From assembly GCA_030649345.1 (NCBI GenBank), contig JAUSKK010000043.1:1-8836 (forward strand): a DNA stretch of 8,836 nucleotides. The letters are read 5' to 3'. Of the stretch, positions 5,267-8,836 are shown in pieces. Each line of letters begins with the position of its first letter. The first letter of the stretch is position 1. The stretch is from Candidatus Iainarchaeum sp. (lineage in GTDB: Archaea > Iainarchaeota > Iainarchaeia > Iainarchaeales > 0-14-0-20-34-12). Position numbers and translations under genes: made by a program. Under the pieces are notes generated by a model that saw nothing but the letters and a program-made list of their open reading frames with translations, ran no database searches and was not told where the DNA came from.

Positions 5267-6547
5267 ATGCCAAAACCAAGAATTCCCAGCAGAGTAAAGA
5301 CAGTGCGAAAAGCCATAGCTCGTGCAATTCACGAACGGCCAGAATTGGTTCACCCAACACTACGTGAACCACAGCCAGCGTATGGATTACGGCATCGATT
5401 GGATAAAGGACATCAAAAAGCAAAAAAGGCATTCATTGATTTTAAAAAATTACGCACGCAAATTTTGCGATTAAAACCCATTCAAACATTATTGAAAAAT
5501 GATCTGAATGTACGAAAACGATTGAATCGAATTTTAAGAGAAGCTGTAAGTGAAACAGGATTTAGAGCAACCGAAGAATTATGGGGCGTGCGAACAGCTG
5601 CAGCCATCAAAGGCGGAACAAGATCTATTTCAGTTAGAGCTAAAGGAATGCCAACTCAAATGAATGAACACGCAGGAAAAAAAGTAGCTCAAGAACTTCG
5701 GTCTGTACGGAATCCCAATATTGTAGATATTGGAACTGGCGGAGGAGAAACAATTTTAGAATTAGCTAAAGCATTGTCTCCAGAACAGCGAAGAAATGCG
5801 CGCATTACTTTGGTAGACGTAATGACATCTGATTTAACAAGAACGAAATTGGAATTATCACGATTGGGAATTCCGTTTGGCAATGTCCGAATACTTCCAG
5901 TCTCGTTTGTACAATTGGCTGAAAGTATTGGAGCTAAAGCACGCAGTCCATTTACTGGAAAAACTACTAGAGACTCTGGAACAGAACGAGAATTCAAAAC
6001 AATGATGGGTTCAGCAGACGCTGTAGTCAGCGGGGCTACGTTTAACAACTTTAATAATTTACAACCTATTGCCAAAGCAGTGAAAAGTTTACTGAAACCA
6101 GGCGGAACAATGGCAGTATGGGACTGGGCTGGAGTAGATACGTATGCTAAAAAAGTTTCTGTAGTGAATGCTCGTGGAGAAAAAAAAGTTCGCACAACCC
6201 ATGGAACACAGCCAACGTATCGAGATTCGCTTAAATCTTTTTTAGATTTTTGGTTAAAATCATGGGAATTTCCAGAGCAAGTACGAACTCAACTTGAGCA
6301 TGAAATCAATACAGCAAAACGATTTGATTTTGAAGAATTTTTACACAGACATGTTAATTTACTGCCGGAAAACCAGCGAGGAAATACAAAAGTAGCTCGA
6401 ATGAATAGAGCGTATAGATTACCCGAAGATATTGCACAGGATTTCCAAAGAACTGGATTTAGAATTACACGAACAGAATATCCGTTTGCCAGCACTGGCG
6501 TGAATGTTGGGAATTTGACTTATTTAATGTTAGCTAAGAAAAAGTGA
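5267..6547 (+). CDS. Class I SAM-dependent methyltransferase with a ~140-aa basic N-terminal extension
   Basis: The ORF is 426 aa. Motif I is VDIGTGGGE (nt 5723-5749), an acidic residue ends the next strand (ITLVDV), and LKPGGTMAVWDW matches a later Rossmann-fold methyltransferase motif. Residues 1-140 are Arg/Lys-rich (MPKPRIPSRVKTVRKAIARAIHERP...), and I cannot assign a domain to them. Confidence 0.78.
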   Translation: MPKPRIPSRVKTVRKAIARAIHERPELVHPTLREPQPAYGLRHRLDKGHQKAKKAFIDFKKLRTQILRLKPIQTLLKNDLNVRKRLNRILREAVSETGFRATEELWGVRTAAAIKGGTRSISVRAKGMPTQMNEHAGKKVAQELRSVRNPNIVDIGTGGGETILELAKALSPEQRRNARITLVDVMTSDLTRTKLELSRLGIPFGNVRILPVSFVQLAESIGAKARSPFTGKTTRDSGTEREFKTMMGSADAVVSGATFNNFNNLQPIAKAVKSLLKPGGTMAVWDWAGVDTYAKKVSVVNARGEKKVRTTHGTQPTYRDSLKSFLDFWLKSWEFPEQVRTQLEHEINTAKRFDFEEFLHRHVNLLPENQRGNTKVARMNRAYRLPEDIAQDFQRTGFRITRTEYPFASTGVNVGNLTYLMLAKKK

Positions 6548-6551
6548 TTCT

Positions 6552-7361
6552 GTGAAATTAAATGAAGTGGATTTTAAAAAAATTTGTTTTATTTTTGATT
6601 TAGAAGGCGTACTGATTCAGCATATTTCCAGACAAGCAAAAATTATAGAAACTGCTTTTGAAGAAACAGGGATAAAATTAAGGTTCAAGATAAAAGAGAT
6701 TTATCATTTGCGAACCTATCCTGAAATTCATGGAAGTAAAAAATTTTTCCCTGCAATATATGCACTTAACAAATCTGACATTAAATTGAAAGAATGCAAA
6801 GAAAATATTTATGTAATTGAAAAAATAATAAACGAAGTCAAAAAATTGGCTCCAATGGAGTTACGCCAGGCAGGAAATGCTGAAATCCAATATATGGAAA
6901 TGAGAAAAAAACCTGAACTATTTCAAGAACTGGAAACCGTTATTCCGGGTGCGCAAAAAACTATTCGATTTTTGAAAAAAAATGGAATCAAAATTGCTGT
7001 TGCAACCCGAGCACACAAAATACAAAATGAAGCATTGCTGAAACGATTTGGATTAAAGGAATACATAGATTACAGTGTTACAAAAGAAGATTTTGGAATG
7101 GACAATGAATTCAAGCAGACAGGAGAACCTACATTAAAAATTGCAGAACAATTAAAGATTCAACCCAAACACTGCATTTTTGTAGAAGATTCAGTGGCTG
7201 GAATTAAAGGAGCTAAATTAGCTGGAGCCAAAACAATTGGAGTTTTAACCGGAACCAGCTCAAAAACGCAATTCGAAATCTATGGAAAGCCTGATTTAGT
7301 GCTAAAAAGCGTAGCTGAAATTAAAGAAAAATTTAAAACAATTGTAAAATTAATAAAATGA
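6552..7361 (+). CDS. HAD-superfamily hydrolase (subfamily IA-like, beta-phosphoglucomutase/phosphatase type) with an atypical motif I
   Basis: The ORF is 269 aa with a GTG start 4 nt after AAGTGA. Motif I is FIFDLEGVL (D16, E18; nt 6597-6605), motif II is IAVATRA, a Lys lies in KQTGEP, and motif IV is FVEDSVAGIKGAKLAGA. The insert between motifs I and II is long and consistent with a cap domain. Confidence 0.82.
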   Translation: MKLNEVDFKKICFIFDLEGVLIQHISRQAKIIETAFEETGIKLRFKIKEIYHLRTYPEIHGSKKFFPAIYALNKSDIKLKECKENIYVIEKIINEVKKLAPMELRQAGNAEIQYMEMRKKPELFQELETVIPGAQKTIRFLKKNGIKIAVATRAHKIQNEALLKRFGLKEYIDYSVTKEDFGMDNEFKQTGEPTLKIAEQLKIQPKHCIFVEDSVAGIKGAKLAGAKTIGVLTGTSSKTQFEIYGKPDLVLKSVAEIKEKFKTIVKLIK

Positions 7362-7385
7362 TTTAACCCTTAAATGGAGTTACGT

Positions 7386-7499
7386 ATGGAAAAGAAAGAT
7401 AGGCTAAAAATTATTGCATTCGATTTTGACGGAGGTCTTATTAATTATTTTGGGTATTTTATTGATATTAACTTTATTAAAAATTTTAGCGTAAATTGA
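7386..7499 (+). pseudogene. 37-codon ORF resembling the N-terminus of a HAD hydrolase (possible truncated gene remnant)
   Basis: The ORF reads MEKKDRLKIIAFDFDGGLINYFGYFIDINFIKNFSVN and contains the canonical hhhhDxDG motif I (IIAFDFDG). GGAG at 7376-7379 lies 6 nt upstream of the ATG. The frame stops at 7497-7499 and nothing downstream continues the fold. Confidence 0.3.
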
Positions 7500-7526
7500 A
7501 TAATATTTATTGGAAACGGTGATACC

Positions 7527-8708
7527 ATGACAACAGCAACCAAAATTGAACAAGGATTTGAAGACATTGCACTTCAAATGAAAAAAGACAATGACGAAAT
7601 TGTAAAAGAAGTCAAAAAAAATTATACTATTCAAGATTATCCGGCAATTGAAAAAAAGAATAAATTGGACGGAATAGCTGTAGCGCAAGCCTATCCAATT
7701 CAAGGAATTTTAAAATATCATGGAATGAGTGACTGGAATTACCGGACAGCCTATTTGCCTAGTATTAGTGTCAACAACGATGCAGCTCGAACAGTTACGT
7801 ACGTAAAATTTGATTCCAATTACACTCAAGACAAAGGAGTCATTAATGACAAAGTTGTAAGCGGAAGAGATTTGGAACGAGTAGTCCAAACACTGGATAT
7901 GGTTCGAAAATTAACTGGAGCTACAACCAAAGCATTGGTAGTCAGCAAAAATATTGTACGCGCAACCAAAACAGGAAAAGGATTGGGGACCAGTGCTTCT
8001 GGATCTGCAGCCATTGGAACAGCAGCTGTAGCTGCAGCTATGGGAGATTCTTATTATCAAAATAAAAGATTTTTGAGCTGTATTGGAAGATTTTTAGCAG
8101 GCTCAGGATGCAGAAGTATTGCAGGCGGAATTTCATTATGGTTAAGTTATCCAGGAATTGCTCATGAAGACAGTTATGCTGTACGTTTAGATGATCAAGA
8201 ACAACTCAAAGACGTAAGCTTAATTACAGTTCCAGTGGACAGCCGAATTGGATTGAAAACAGAAACAGCCCACAAGGATGCCCCGCATTCTCCTTTATTC
8301 AAAAAATGGATGGAAATGCGAAAGCCTTACATTTTAGAATGCATGCAAGCAGTCCAAAAAGGAGACTGGCAAACTGTTGCAAGATTAGGAGAATTGGATA
8401 CAATTTTATTGCATGGAGTAACCATGAGCGGAACTCTTGAATCCAAAATTATTGCATGGGAACCAGAAACCATTCAATTAATGCGAGCCAGCAATGAACT
8501 CAAAGATTCTGGAATTCCATGCTATTATAGTATTGACACAGGACCAACGCCAGTATTCATTACACCCAAAAAATACGAAACAGAAGTTGTAGACAAAATT
8601 GCAAAACTAAAATTTGAATACGTAGTTGGAAAAATAGCTGGACCTGCAGAATTATTGAACGAAGAAAAAGCTGAAGAAATACTCCAAGTTAGTAAATACG
8701 ATAACTAA
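7527..8708 (+). CDS. Mevalonate diphosphate / phosphomevalonate decarboxylase family protein (GHMP fold); substrate not assignable from sequence
   Basis: The ORF is 393 aa and GGTGAT at 7518-7523 lies 3 nt upstream. It carries ILKYHGMSD (cf. IKYWGKRD), ISVNN, the GHMP motif GLGTSASGSAAIG, GSGCRSIAGG (conserved Arg), and YSIDTGPT with the catalytic-position Asp (D337, nt 8535-8537). Confidence 0.87.
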   Translation: MTTATKIEQGFEDIALQMKKDNDEIVKEVKKNYTIQDYPAIEKKNKLDGIAVAQAYPIQGILKYHGMSDWNYRTAYLPSISVNNDAARTVTYVKFDSNYTQDKGVINDKVVSGRDLERVVQTLDMVRKLTGATTKALVVSKNIVRATKTGKGLGTSASGSAAIGTAAVAAAMGDSYYQNKRFLSCIGRFLAGSGCRSIAGGISLWLSYPGIAHEDSYAVRLDDQEQLKDVSLITVPVDSRIGLKTETAHKDAPHSPLFKKWMEMRKPYILECMQAVQKGDWQTVARLGELDTILLHGVTMSGTLESKIIAWEPETIQLMRASNELKDSGIPCYYSIDTGPTPVFITPKKYETEVVDKIAKLKFEYVVGKIAGPAELLNEEKAEEILQVSKYDN

Positions 8709-8760
8709 AAAATTTATTCAAACTTTACTGGCTGAGAAAGTTAACTAAAAACATACTCCT

Positions 8761-8836
8761 ATGATTTCTCCTAAACGACCTAGACTTCCTTTTCGAAATA
8801 TAGTTTTATCCAAAAAAAAGCGAAACTATCGAGTGA
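8761..8836 (+). CDS. 3'-partial ORF running off the window; the basic N-terminus MISPKRPRLPFRNIVLSKKKRNYRV
   Basis: The frame is open from ATG 8761 to the window end. PKRPRLPFR resembles the PKPRIPSR start of the methyltransferase ORF. No convincing SD precedes it, and only 25 codons are visible. Confidence 0.3.
   Translation, partial: MISPKRPRLPFRNIVLSKKKRNYRV

Noticed and set aside
5689-6195. 168-aa ORF on the minus strand, together with the other minus-strand ORFs at 1119-1415, 1342-1527, 1893-2117, 2517-2753, 4770-5078, 6289-6495 and 7826-8014
   Set aside because: All lie entirely antisense to + strand genes that have strong family motifs. They have no recognisable motifs and no SD-like signals. 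Their compositions, rich in hydrophobic and rare residues, are typical of shadow ORFs.

Overview
This is an AT-rich window. Every credible gene is on the + strand, and genes overlap or sit 0-25 nt apart: GTGA at 265-268, TGA-ATG at 871-876, ATGA at 3256-3259, TAA-ATG at 4261-4266. That packing implies one or two long operons. The recognisable core is an archaeal-type upper mevalonate-pathway cluster. It comprises HMG-CoA synthase (874-1938), acetoacetyl-CoA thiolase (1963-3141), the DUF35 Zn-ribbon/OB-fold partner protein (3256-3705), a mevalonate-kinase-family GHMP kinase (4264-5259) and a mevalonate (di)phosphate decarboxylase-family protein (7527-8708). GGTGA-type Shine-Dalgarno (SD) motifs precede several starts. 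Several items interleaved with these genes are not part of the textbook pathway. (1) A ~113-nt element occurs twice, directly upstream of the DUF35 gene and of the kinase gene. Each copy has an SD, an ATG and a conserved 36/37-codon mini-ORF ending exactly at the downstream start codon. Each also holds a perfect 11-bp-stem palindrome whose 4-nt loop is flipped between the copies. (2) Several Arg/Lys-rich ORFs or N-terminal extensions begin with a similar Pro-x-x-Arg-Leu/Ile motif. (3) A class I SAM methyltransferase with a ~140-aa basic N-terminal extension and a HAD hydrolase with a DxE (not DxD) motif I lie between the kinase and the decarboxylase. (4) A 75-codon open frame without a start codon lies in frame behind a single TAA. 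(5) A 37-codon remnant carries a canonical HAD motif I. All family calls rest on motifs recognised by eye and from memory, and no database search was possible. No rRNA, tRNA, CRISPR array or transposase was seen.
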